This document shows positions 34,397 through 47,489 of a stretch of DNA of 64,000 nucleotides, piece after piece (position 1 is the first letter of the stretch; the number at the start of each line of letters is the position of its first letter). The notes under the pieces were generated by a model. That model saw only the letters and a program-made list of their open reading frames with translations, was not told the origin of the DNA and did not search any database. This DNA is from Mobula hypostoma (Eukaryota), in NCBI RefSeq assembly GCF_963921235.1, contig NC_086097.1:79734001-79798000 (forward strand), given 5' to 3'. A program made the position numbers and the translations under genes.

Positions 34397-36130
34397 TCAG
34401 AGATATGATTTTGGAAATGGAAGCAACGTTTTCAGTGCTTTCGTGGCTATCTCAGGATATTCAGCCTTGACTTTGATCCAGAATGCCGGCAGAGATGTTA
34501 TGTCAAACATACTTTTTAGCCCACTGTCATTTGCAAGCTCGAAGGGTTGATCTCCTTCCCGCGCTGACACGGATGATTCACTGGGGACATTCAGAAATGG
34601 GCCGCGGACCCATTCCTTTGCACGCCTTGGGTCATTTGAGGTTGGGAAGTAACTTTGGAATTCTGTTGACAGCGAAGATAGGTGATCGCGCGGTGAGAAG
34701 GACAGTGCTGCCTCAGTCTCTCCCAAAATCCCAGCTAATGTTGGGAACATGTCAGATATGCCCCTGTCCACTCACCATCCCCACAGTTCCAGTTTGGCTT
34801 TGAAAGCAGACACTTTATCTGCCAACTTGAAGACAGTTTTCATTCTCCCCTGAAGTGACAAATTGAGTTCATTGAGCAGATTGAAGATGTCACACAGATA
34901 AGCGAGTTTTGCTATCCACTCCTCGTCACTGAAGTGTGCTGCCAGTGGTGACATTTTTTCCTGAAGGAAATCTCTATAGCTGCTCCCTTAACTCAAAAAC
35001 CCTGGCCAGGGCTCTCCCTCTTGATAGCCACCTGACGTCAGTGTGTAAGAGAAGGTGTTTGTGCTCTGCATCCATTTCCTCGCAAAGCTGCTCAAACAGA
35101 CGTGAGTTAAGGGCTTTTGCTTTGATGTGATTGATAACTTCAATGTCACTCAATACGCTGTTAAGATCAGGTGACATTTTTCGGCTAGCCAGCATTTCCC
35201 TGTGTGTGACACAGTGTGTAGACTGGCATTCAGGAGCAACCTCTTTGACTCGGGTAGTGAAACCAGACAGTCCAGTCATAGCTGCAGCCCAGTCTCTGCA
35301 TATTCCAACACAGAATGACCAGTCCAGTTTGCCTGACATGTAGTCATTCAAAGACTTGACTAGCTCTGCCCCAGTTGTGTTAGTTGGCAGCAGCAGTGCA
35401 CACAACATATCCTCGTGCACATTGTCTTGAAATATATATCGCACATAAGCCAGCAGTACTGCCTTGTTGTCGACATCGGTAGATTCGGCGACCTGGATAG
35501 CATACCATGGTGACTCGTTAAGCCGTTCCAACAGCTGTGCTTCTATGTCCTCCGCTATGTCATCGATTCTCCTTGAAACTGTGGTAGTTGACAGAGAAGC
35601 CTGTGCCATCTTGTTGGCTGTAGCTTCTCCCAACAGTTCACAGCACATGTCCTTGGCAGCAGGAAGAATCAATTCTTCACCAACAATGAAAGGCTTCTTA
35701 GCCTTAGCAATATGGCTAGCCACTAAGTACACCACTCTCAGAGCAGCAGCATTTGTGGAGGTGGTGGCTCTCAGCACTTGCTTCTGTCCCGCTTGTTTGC
35801 GTTTTTTCCGCTCAAAAAACTCAACGCGTTTGTCTTTAAGTGCAGGGTGCTCGGACTCAAGGTGCTGAAGCAGTTTTGAGGGCTTCATTGCCTCATTAGA
35901 CAGCTTGTCTCCACATATCACACACAGGGGGCTTGGAGCGTGTGAGTCACCGGTCACAATAAAGCCATATTTTATGTACGACTCTTTGTACTTTCTGTTG
36001 AAGGAAGCTTTCTTTTTTTTTGCAGTCTTGGCCTCAGCTGTCTCTGCGTTATCATCATCATTAGGCCTTTTGTGTCCCCTACCACCTCTTCCAAAGAAAC
36101 TCTCAAGCGATGTTTATCTTTTACTCATCG
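34397..36130 (-). pseudogene. hAT transposase (ZBED5/SCAND3-like), disrupted
   Basis: BED finger PLCVICGDKLSNEAMKPSKLLQH; AIQVAESTD; HCVTHREML; VRWLSRG; KLAYLCDIF; FWIKVKAEYPEI...LLPFP. Confidence 0.9.
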
Positions 36131-38444
36131 AGTAGTTGTAGGTTAATGACTGACTGATGACCTCACATTTGTAATGACCTCGCGTGCGTTCAAGTTAAAC
36201 AGTGGGTGTGACAGGGAATGAGGAAAGGTGTAGCTGACTCATATCGTTTCATAGCGCCAAATCATATAGTTTTGTCGCGGCCCGGTAGCACATGCTTTGC
36301 GGCCTGGTACCAGTCCGTGGCCCGATGATTGGGGACCACTGCACTAGACCATCAGACTGCTTAATGCATGCTGACACAACTGTATTTCTATGTTATACTG
36401 ACTGTCCTGTTATACATACTATTTATTACAAATGACTATAAATTGCACATTTAGACGGAGATGTAACATAAAGATTTTTACTCCTCATGTATGTGAAGGA
36501 AGTAAGAAATAAAGTCAATTCAATTCAATATATTATGCAAGCCCTGCCACAGATGCCAAGTGTCCATCTGTGATTCTAGTTTAATCTGAAATTCCCTTTT
36601 TGCACTTGAACTGGCCTTCCAGAGGTTGTACTTGGATTTCTTATGATTCTAGGTCACTAGTCCTATGTACAACAGATTTAACTTTCAAATTATGAATCTC
36701 CTGGTTCATCCAAGTACATGGATATTTTTGAGTGCACACTCATCCATGCATGTACTGATGCAGCACTGTGTCAGGAGAATTGGGAATGAGCCATGTCTCT
36801 GTGAAACAGAATAGCAGTCCCTCATGTCACTCTGATAAAGCAATCTTGCTCTCTGGTCTTCAATCTTGTTTTCTAATGTCTGTATGTTAGTCAGGAGAAT
36901 GTGAGGGAGAGAGAGCCTTAGAACCCTGCATTCTGTCTTTCCTTAAGCCCTGCCCTATAGCCATGTTTTCTGAGACAATGGAGGTCCCCATGGCATTTCC
37001 AGCAGCTGTGTTTACCTACTGAGTGATCCGTTCCGAGCTCTGTCGAGGGTTCTTGGTACTGCTAATCCATTTAAATGGATGAAATATCTTGCTTACTGCA
37101 GAAGTCTTGACTACAGTTTTCATGTATGTTTTTTCAATAGGCTCTTAGATAGGCACATGCATGTGCAGAGAATGGACGGATATGGACTTGTATAGGCAGA
37201 AGGGATAAGTTTAGTTAGGCATTTAATTACAAGTTTCATTAGTTTAGCACAACATTGTAGGCCAACAAACTTGTTCCTGGACTGTGATGTTCTTCAATTT
37301 ATCCATCTATTTAGTTTCAAAGTTGAAACTTCAAAATTCAAAGTACTAGATTCAGAACTGGTGTTTTACGAAAGACACGAAGCCAGCTGGAGAAGGCAAG
37401 AGCCGTGGTTCATTGCCTAGCCGAGTAAATGCTGCAGACCACAGACATGAAGCCAGGCATCACTGCAGATGGCACTGCATTTCAGTGTAAAGCTGGTAAA
37501 CATCACAGATCAGCAAGCAGAACCAGCCCTCGCCTCGCCTCCGGTCCCAACACCCTGGTCTTCTCAATCTGTCCCGGCACTTAAATCATCCAAACATCAG
37601 GCTGTTCCTCACTCTCGGACCATGTTGGGGCCTGGACCCCGCCCCCATGATTCAGCCTGTACCCAACCTTTCCAATTCAGCCAGTTGCTTATATTGATCA
37701 GGTATCAAGACTTTCCTCGCTCTCGGGGAAGCTACAGCTCTGCCTTGACTCTGGTTCGACCCCAATTCTGCTTGCCACAACCAGGCCTTCCCTGCACCTC
37801 CACCACCACTTGTCTCCACTTGCCACGACCTGCCTTGCCTGTGCCTGTTCCTCTGCCACCATTTACCTCTGCATCCCTTGACCACCCTTTAATCCCCACT
37901 CCATTGTTAGCTTTGTTAAAGTTGATTGTTGTTAATAAAGAATGATTAATAAGGTATATATTATAGTCCGTTGTTTTGTTTTTCTATCCATAAGTAGTCG
38001 CTGGGCATCTTAAGCCACCTTTGAACTAATCTATGTGGAAGAAAGACTTAATTTGGGGCTTATTTTCTTAAATTCTGCCAACTATGATGAACTCTCAAAA
38101 CCTCAATGTTCTTAAAGAATCTAAGGTCTATTTGTCTCTGTCCCATTGCCAGAAATATAAAAATCCAATGGCAAGTAACTTACAAAAGTAAAAAAAAAAT
38201 GAAATAATGTGATCCAAGAAGCAAAAGGAGAAAGGTAAAGAGATAAACAAATGACTTTTGTACATTTTGGTTTCCGGAAAAAGAGCAGGCGACCAAGTTA
38301 ATTTTATTCCATTATATAACTTTGCTGTTTAAAATATCAATTTTCAATAGTTAAAACACTTCCAATGGTTTTCAACACTTTCAATATTTAAAAATCTCTT
38401 AATACATGCTGCTGCACTGGACTCCCTATAAGTCCCATTAAATA

Positions 38445-38812
38445 TGCCAGGATAATCAAGGACACGACCCACCCAGCCAACACACTTTTTGTCCTTCTTC
38501 CCTCCCGGAGAAGGCTCAGGAGCTTGAAGACTGGTACAGCCAGATTTCGGAACAGCTTCTTTCCACCTGTGATAAGACTGTTGAACGGATTCTGACCCGG
38601 ATCTGGGCCGTACCCTCCAAACATCCGGATCTGCATCTCAGTTTTTTTGCACTAGCTTACTTTCCATTTTTATATTTTCTATTTATGATTTATAATTTAA
38701 ATTTGTAATATTTACTATCGATTTGTAATCCAGGGAGCGGGAAGCACAGAATCAAATATCGCTATGATGATTGTACGTTCCAGTTGGTGACAATAAAATA
38801 TAAAGTATAAAG
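38445..38812 (+). mobile_element. Rex1/Babar 3' end (third copy of the 15270/18276 family)
   Basis: gccaggataatcaaggacacgacccacccagccaacacac... shared 3' UTR and tail. Confidence 0.8.
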
Positions 38813-40212
38813 TGTATTTGCACTCTTAGTTAAATTTGACTTAGCTATAGTTAGTTTTTTGAGTTTTATAGAAGCTATCCCAACTGGATTCCAAGACGCT
38901 TTAGTATCATCATTTGACTCTTCTTTCTGAGAAGTAATTTTCTAAATCTGGAATAGATTTATTCCCAGTTATATGTTCCAAGTTCAAAGTACATTTATTA
39001 CCAAAGTATGCGTACATTATACAACCTTGAGATTCGTCTCCTTACAGGCAGCCACAAACAAAGAAACTCAAAAGAACCCATTAAGAAGAAAAGACCATTA
39101 TATACCCAATGTGCAAAGAAAAATTACAAATTGTGCAAATAATAGAAGTAAGCAAATAACATTTAGAACTGAAATTTTATTAAAGTGAATCCACAGACAT
39201 GATGCCAGGCATCACTGTAGCCGGAGCCAGCCACAGCCCCAGTTCAGCGTAGAGCCGAGTAAATGTCGTGAGTTCACTGACACGAAGCCAGGCATCACTC
39301 CAGCTGGAGCAGGCCATAGCTTCAGTTCAGCACAGAGATGAGCAGAACCAGGCAGAAATGGCCTATTCCTCGCCTCCGGTCCTGACACCCTGACTTTTTC
39401 CAATCGGACCTAGCACTTAAATCATCCAAATAGTGTCATTTCTCACTTTTGGACTGTTCTCGGGCCTGGACCCGCCTTCATGATTAGGCCTATACCCAAC
39501 CTTTCCAATTCAGCCAGGTGCTTAAATCAATCAAACCTTGTGTCTTTCCTTGCTCTCAGAGACACCTTGCCTCTATCCTGCCTCGACTCTACCTCACACC
39601 CACTTGCCTCTCCATTGTTTGCAGTGATCGTTATTAAGAAAATTATTAATGGTTTTCTTTGTTTTGTTTTCTGCCAATAAGTAGTCACTGGAATTCACCA
39701 GCACCATCCTAAACCATAAATCTTAAACGTAACCACAAGTCTGTAAAATGGAAGTATCACGCCCTCTCATTCACACAATATGTTTTGATTACATTTTGTA
39801 CTTGTGCACTGGTTTTGAATTTCAATCCTATATCCTTACACACTTCTGCAGCTCCTTTTCAATTCATGCCCCCTTAATTCCATTTGGGCATAATTAAATT
39901 AAATGTAAAATGTTAACATCAATGGAATTTCACGGCTATTCTTTATACTTGCTCGGTCAAGAGATCTTCAGTTCTCTTCTGAGAGTGAATTCCTATTCTT
40001 AACCAAAATTTCTCAATATCTTTTTCCAGTGTTCATAACTGATACTGAGCTTAGTGTTACCATCTGCTGTACTGTAATATTAAGCTCCACAACTTGGATC
40101 TCATGGGATACCTGATTGAAAGCAATTTGTGCATCTCAAAACAACTGGACAAAGAATAAGGTCGGATGGCATGGAGAACAAGTGTCAGAGATTTTGCTTG
40201 TGTTAGGGCATA

Positions 40213-41543
40213 CAGGTTTCCCCTGTTATTCGAAGGTAGAGCGTTCCTATGAAACGGTTCGTAAGCCGGAATATCACAAAGTGAACTACCATTTATTAAT
40301 ATGGGAAAAATTTTTGAGCATTCCCAGACCCAAAAAATAACCTACAAAATCATGCCAAATAACACATAAAACCTAAAATAACAGTAACATATAGTAAAAG
40401 CAGGAATGATATGATAAATACACAGCCTATATAAAGTAGAAATACTTTTCTCCAGCACTGTCTAGCGCAGTGAAAATCTCGTGAAAGTGCTCTCGGCAGA
40501 AAAACTCTCTCCAGTAACCTTTAAACCATGAAGCTGCCAAATCATACCAAATAACATATAAAAATACACAGCCTATATAAAGTAGAAATAATGTATGTAC
40601 AGTGTAGTTTCACTTACAGGAATTGGGAAGACTCCAATAAACTGCAGTTTCGTCACAGTTAAAACACTCGCTTATACGAATAAGCACCTGACGCAATTGC
40701 AATTGCCTCTGATCTGGGCCGACATTTACGTGCTAGGCAGCACCTAACTAATTAGCTTGTTTATTTTGGCTTTTTTCTTAAAGATGTGCTGGGTGCGTGC
40801 CGACTACTGCTGCACCACTGCATTCCTCGCGGATCAGTATCTATCCACGGCCCAGAGGTTGGGGACCACTGCTTAAACTATGAAGCTGCCTTCGCCTCAG
40901 AAACCGATCAAACCACCCATGACTACCTTTAAATTCCACTTTCGCAACACTTTCATCACCATCGTCCAGTGCTTTCTGTTTCAGCTTATTAAAAACACTG
41001 ACTGATTTCTCCTTAAGTATAAGAAAACTTAACGGAACACCACGCTTTGTACACCCATCAATCCACTCAAGCAATAGACTTTACTGGATGCCAACTAAGA
41101 GAGACCACTTTGCTATGAGCAGAACCAACAGTAACAGCGGCAGCTTTCAGTATTCTCTCTCTCTGCATACAAATAGTGCGAATGGTGGACGCAGGCGAGT
41201 TCAATGCACGGACAATGTCCTTACTTCGTTCACCACAATCGAAATGCTTAATTATGTCTAGTTTTACACTAATTGTAACACCCTTACGAGCTCTCTTAGG
41301 CTTTTCCGATACCTTAGAACTCATCTTGCTAATAGATGCACAAAATAAATTGAGATAAAGCAGGTGTTTAAGCAATGCCGGCTAGAATGCAGTTCCGTGG
41401 GAGGAGCTTGGCTGTTCGGGCGCGTGCTGCCTTTTTTCGTAACAGTGAAAACACCTTCTGTTAGTGAAAACAGGTAACTAATGTCGGTCTTTCGTAATAG
41501 CGACGTGTCATAAAGCGAACATTTGGAAAACGGGGGCCACCTA
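40213..41543 (-). mobile_element. Tigger/pogo-type transposon, internally deleted
   Basis: TA-flanked ends CAGGTTTCCCC / GGGGCCACCT; HTH-psq (VKLDIIKHFDCGERSKDIVRALNSPASTIRTI) and CENP-B HTH (EFKGSHGWFDRFLRR). Confidence 0.85.
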
Positions 41544-42720
41544 TAAAATAGTGAATTTATTCACATTGTATCACAAAACCTGTAGTATTTTATCAATCTG
41601 TTTTGGAAAATTAAATCATAACAAGTTATTTTAAGAAAGAGGGCAACAGTGTGGAGGATGTGCATCAGGGATTCATTGTGGTTCACTCCACACTTCCTAC
41701 TGAACTTGTAGTTACTATTGGTTTGGCACTGACTTCCTGCCTCCATCCTCAAAACATTATATAGCTTCTAACTGAATATTATCTAAAGCTTGATTAAAAA
41801 AATTATTTTATTTTCTTAGGGAAAATTCATATTGAGTTGAACCGACATTCACTGAATGCATAGATAGATGATAAGGGTTAAAGAATCATCACTCTATAGC
41901 AAAATAGTTCAGAAATTGACTGACTATTATTTCAACTAATCATTTCTTGCCTTTCTTCCATAAAGAAAGCCAACAGATTTCAGTTTAAATTTGCAACCTT
42001 TTTGATAAATTCTTCCTTTGGAAAAATGTTGCAAGAAAATTCCAACAGTTAGCATTGTTATAAGTTGGGTGTAATATATCTACTTCCTCTTAATAGAACC
42101 ATCTTCTGTGCATTACTCATTAAAAATTCTCTGAAAAATTTTAAATACTTCAAAATTAGTTTACCATTTTATCTACTATTTCCTAATAGATCAGTCAAAA
42201 TTATTTTACAGACAGCAGCATATAAAGTGTGAATACACAGACACCAGTATCATCCATTAACTAGCTTTGACATTTTCAGCCGTGGTTTCTGAAAAGCCTA
42301 CAAATTGTTTAGTTTTCAGCTTTCCCCATTGATTAGGTATTGTGGTCATGTATTGAAGGAACCTTTAATCGGTAGGTCACGAAAGCCAGGGGCAGGAACC
42401 AATCAGCATACCCTCCAGTGTAGCTCAGAGTTGACATTTATAAACCAAAGGCAAATAATTTATTGATGGAAGGCATCACTTCAGCTGCAGCAAAATTGAA
42501 TGTGTTGAATTTACTTCATGTTATTCTATTAAAAAGGTTGCTGTGCAGCAACTTTTAATTTCACATATACTGCTCTGTGGAGGAAAAATGTAATTTATAT
42601 TTATGTCCAATATAAGATAAAACTGTTAACTGTGCATATGAAAGCTGCAATTCATGCGCTTCTTAAGTATTGGATATGGGAGTACCCGAAAAACTTCTCA
42701 GCAAGAAGTATTTTTCCCAA

Positions 42721-42926
42721 ACAACAGGAATTCTACAGATGCTGGAAATTCAAGCAACATACATCAAAGTTGCTGGTGAACGCAGCAGGCCAAGCAGCAT
42801 CTATAGGAAGAGGCGCAGTCGACGTTTCAGGCCGAGACCCTTCGTCCGAGGGTCTCGGCCTGAAACGTCGACTGCGCCTCTTCCTATCGATGCTGCTTGG
42901 CCTGCTGCGTTCACCAGCAACTTTGA
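42721..42926. mobile_element. Palindromic PLE-terminus insertion
   Basis: Arms 42764-42841 / 42849-42926; 16-bp direct repeat GAAGTATTTTTCCCAA at 42705-42720 and 42925-42940. Confidence 0.85.
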
Positions 42927-43589
42927 AGTATTTTTCCCAATTTTATTTTCATGATAAAATACAATTAGATTTAAAGCACAAAACAATATTATTTTGGACT
43001 CACTCTGCATGTATCTGCGATATTATTATTGCCTCTGTGTACTTTGTGACATCATTCCACTGAAATGACACACAGATTTATCATGTGTGTTAAGCATTAT
43101 GTAAGATTAATAGCAGGAAGACCGTTGAACATTGTCTCCTTCCCTTCTAGACTGACTTAGTATTGACCTGGAATGATTTAAAAGAAAAAATATCGACTGT
43201 TTTAAACTAATTTCTTCAAAGATACCAAGCCATTAAAAATAAGCAACAAGCTGAGATATTTCATCTCTCTAGTTTAGAACACAATTTCCAAAGACAGGGT
43301 AATTTTGCATCATGGCCTGTTTTATATTATGAGAGTTCACTTGCACAGAAATTTTCCCTGCTGGAGACTTACCCAAAATACTACAAATCCAGCTTGAATG
43401 GTCTTACGCTGGCAAAAATATGTTGACTTTAAGAACAAGTCAATCAATAATCTCCTGAGGCAGACAGGTTTTCATGTAAAATGGATGAATATTCTGATGA
43501 ACTCTGCAGTTCACTTATAAGAATTATGATGTAACATCCATACTCTGTTCCACTATTTTTTGGTTGCTCCTCTTGAGATAATGGCACAT

Positions 43590-45720
43590 CGGAGTTAAGA
43601 ACAACCTGCACAATAATTCATAAGGATCATGGCTGAATTTCATCTCAGCACTACTTCTATGGATAATCTTCAATATCCAGAAATCTACCTACCTTTGTTG
43701 TAAATGAACTCAAATGTCTGAGTCTTCACAGGCCTCCTGAATACAGGGTTTCAACAATTCATCACTCTTTGAGTGAAGAAATTTGTCTTCTTAGATCCTC
43801 TGCAACACCTAGTTCTAAGCTTCTCAACCAAAGGAATCATTCTCCTTGCACCCAGCCTGTCAAGGCAGAGAGTTGTACAGCATGCCAAAAGGCCTACTAT
43901 GTCCATGTTGACTTCCTTCCCCCCCCCCCCACCACCAATTCAGTTTGCCTGCATTAGGACTGTGTGTTATGCTTTACATATTTAAGTGTTTTTCTAAATG
44001 ATCTCACACACAATATTAACAGATTCCACCACCAACTCTTGCAGTATGATTTAGATCTTAACCATTCTCATAAAAACAAACCTACCCCTCAGATACTCTT
44101 CAAAATGTCTTTCTCTCACCTGAAACGTAAATGCTTCCTTGTTTTGCATCCCCACCATGGGGAAAGAAAAAAAGATTTGGACTATCACTCCGTTCATGAT
44201 TTTTATAATCTTATACACTTCTATCAGGTTGCCCCAGCTTCTTTTAGTCCATGAAAAACAAGCCCCGCCAATTCAATTTCTCCCCATAAATGAAGTTCTC
44301 CAGTCCGGGTACCATCCTGATGAATCTCTGCATTCCCTCCAGCAAAACCACATCCTTTCTACAAACAGAGCTGTACACAATACTCCAACTGTGGTCTAAA
44401 CAACATTTTGTAAAGGTGCAACGTAATGTCCCAACTCTTAATTCCAAACCCCAAACTATGAAAGCAAGCATGCCATTTATTTTCACACTAGCCTTTTGAC
44501 CTGTGTTGTCCCTTTCAGGGAACTGTGGACTGGATCCCAAGGTCTCCTTGCTTATCAAATTATTTAGTACCCTAATTACAGATAAGATAAATACTAGCTT
44601 TGTTTGTCACATGGAAATTATCAAAACATACAGTGAAATGTGTAGTTGTGTGAATGACCAACACAATCTAAGGGTGCAATGGGCCAGCCCTCAAGAATCA
44701 CCATGCTTGTGATGCCAACATAGCATGCTCACAATATACTAACCCATATGTCCTTTTGGAATGTGGGGGTAACGGGAGCACCCAAAGGAAACCTACACAA
44801 TCATGGGAAGAGCATAAAACTCCTTACAGACAGTAAGGCATTGAATCCCAATCATTGGCACTGTAGAGTGTTGCTTTCTATCCTTATTTGACTCCCCAAT
44901 AGTATTAATCTTGCACTTGTCGTCATCAAATTCCATTAGGCAAACCTCCACCCATCCTTTAACTTGACATATATTCTCCTGTAGCTTTAAACAGCCTCCC
45001 TGGCTTTCCACAACATCAATTTCACGTCATCCATAATAATAATTTCTCCTATATTCACATCCACTAATCACAGGCTTCCAGTTAGAAAAAAAAATCTTTC
45101 CACCTCCACCATCTGACTCCTAACCCCAAACTAATTTTGGTCTGATCTGACAGATCACCTTGGATCCCAATGTTTCCAAATATTTCTGGGATGGATCTGA
45201 TTTGGCCTTGGGAACTTATCCGCCCTTATATGTTCCAAGCTTTCTAACACCTACGTCTTAATATTAATGTACTCTAGATTATCAATGTCTCCCTCCCCAA
45301 ACTCACCATCTTCTCATTGGTGAATATAGGTCAGAAGTATTCATTACGACTTTGATCATATCTAAAGGCTCCACATAGATGTGGTCATGGACCTAAATAC
45401 ATACTTCGCTGTATTCAGCAAGGTAACCAATCCTTTCCTTAGCTATCCTCTTGCTCCTTATATACCTATAAAATGACTTAGGATTCTCATTCATCTTACC
45501 TGCAAAGAATATCTCATGGTGTCTTTTTGCCTTTTAATTTCATTCTTAAGTACTTTCTTACACCCTGAATGTTCCTCAAGAAACTTGACTGAAGTTGCCT
45601 GTAACTGCCATTTACTTCTTTTTTTTTCCTGATCAAATCTTTTACAACACCTTTCATTCTTCCACAATCTACAGAATATGCGTTGCACCTGCTTAATCTC
45701 TCCACAAGCAGCCAAGCCAA
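43590..45720 (-). mobile_element. Old CR1 fragments
   Basis: RKDVVLLEGMQRFIRMVPGLENFIYGEKL; WVEVCLMEFDDDKCK. Confidence 0.65.
44590..44875 (-). mobile_element. V-domain SINE (decayed)
   Basis: Minus-strand gggattcaatgcc B-box-like motif and ggtttcctttgggtgctcccgttacccccacattccaaa. Confidence 0.6.
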
Positions 45721-46799
45721 CTATAAGGAATCAGTCAGGTGAATTTTCATTGCACTCTCTTTCTGGAAAGTACATCATTATTTTGGTAAAGGAATGTTCA
45801 ATATTTCAAAAGTAGTGTAAATAAGAGCTTATCAAAGTGCAGTAAGTTATCTTCACTTTTGTGATCAAATATAATAAAGGCCAACATTCTACTTAGCTTA
45901 CTAATAGCGCGCCAATCCTGTGGTTAGCTTTCAGTTACTTATGAGCAAGAATACCTAGGTTCATTTGATTATCAAGGCAATTTTACCCCTTATGCTTTAA
46001 GAGTGAGCATTCATGGATTTATGCACACCACAGCACGACAAACTTATCTAAACTGGTGATTTATACAGGCCAAGTAATCTTTATTAAAAATCCAACATTG
46101 ACATTCTCATACTTAATGCACTAAAACAGTAAAATTGGTCAATATGCCTACATTGAAATAATTTTAGGGATGGGTAACATAAGTATTTCAGGAATGCCAC
46201 TTACAAAAAGCAGTGTTCATAAGATTTTACTAGGTATTTTTCATTAAATGCAGAGTTGTACCTAATAAATGTGATTACTTGTCTCATGGATAGTCCATGT
46301 CATAATATTGTACAGTACTTTTGGTAAGGGCACAAAATAGTGGCTCAGAAAATTGGTATGAAATGAAGCTGGGGCATCAAAAAATAAGAACAAGGTTTCT
46401 CAGTCTTGAAAGCAGGCAACTACAGGCGATCATATAAGACTAAATAGTACAGAAAAGATATTGAGAATATATTCCAAACTTAAGTGACAACAGGTGAGAC
46501 CAATGGATACATAAAGGTAAAACTTAGAATTCAGTTTTAATTAAAAAAAAACATATTTTAGGTAACTCTACATCAGGTTGTTCATCAACTACAGCTCGCA
46601 TTGAAAAAAAAAATCACCCTATCCCAACTCATCATCAAACTTCAAGAGACCTGGGCTTCTGCATTTCCCTGGATATGTGACTAAAGAAAACCACAAAGCA
46701 TTCTACATGTACTTGAAGAACAGGAGAATGACTAAAGTGAGGGCAGAACTAATCAAGGATGAAAGAGATAACATGTGCCTGGAGTGGTAAAGGAGGCCC

Positions 46800-47101
46800 T
46801 TTTCCTTCTCTCACCTTATTTCCTTGCCCGCCCAGTACCTCCCTCTGGTGCTCGTCCCCACTTTTCTTTCTTCCACGGTCTTCTGTCTCTTTCACCAATC
46901 AACTTCCCAGCTCTTTACTTCATCCCTCCCCCTTCAGGTTTCACCTGTCACTGTGTTTCTCTCGCCTCCCCCCATCTTTTAAATCTACTTCTCAGCTTTT
47001 TTCTCCATTCTGCCGAATGGTTTCGGCCTAAAACGTCAACTGTACTCTTTTCCATAGATGCTGCCTGGCCTGCTGAGTTCCTCCAGCATTTTGTGTGTGT
47101 T
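46800..47101 (+). mobile_element. Penelope-like element 3' end with degenerate hammerhead
   Basis: CT-rich 3' region and ctgccgaatggtttcggcctaaaacgtcaact, homologous to 53800-54137. Confidence 0.7.
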
Positions 47102-47489
47102 ATTAATGAATATCTTGCTTCAGTATTCACCAATGAAAAGGATCTTGACATAAGTGAGGTCGGCGTAGAACAGGTTAATGTGCTGGAACATGTCAAGGTT
47201 AAGAAAGAGGAACTGTTGGAACTTAATGAAATACATTAGGATAGATAAATCCCTGGGGCCAGGCAGGATATACCCCAGGTTACTATGGGAAGCAAGGGAA
47301 GAATCTGCTACACCACTAATGATGATCTTTGCATCTCACTGGCCACAGGAATAGTACCAGAAGATTGGAGGGTGGCAAATATTATCTCTTTGTTCAAGAA
47401 AGGTGATAGGAATAATCCTGGGAATTATAGACCAATGAGTCTTACAACAGTAGTGGGCAAACTATTGGAGAGGATGCTTAGAGACAGGG

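Larger units (their letters stand above)
29530..36341 (-). mobile_element. hAT DNA transposon (Buster/Charlie type), interrupted by CR1
   Basis: TIRs CAG(A/T)GGTCCCCAA; 8-bp TSD CACCAGAC / CACTAGAC (29522-29529, 36342-36349). Confidence 0.9.

Noticed and set aside
37370..39720. Two related segments (about 37370-38020 and 39190-39720) with short ORFs
   Set aside because: They look like copies of an unclassified non-coding repeat, possibly LINE UTR-derived; I cannot assign a family or function.
43373..43454. Possible 82-nt minus-strand exon (CAG...GTAAGT, one open frame RLLIDLFLKSTYFCQRKTIQAGFVVFW)
   Set aside because: Weak polypyrimidine tract, unrecognised peptide and no partner exons; needs RNA-seq.
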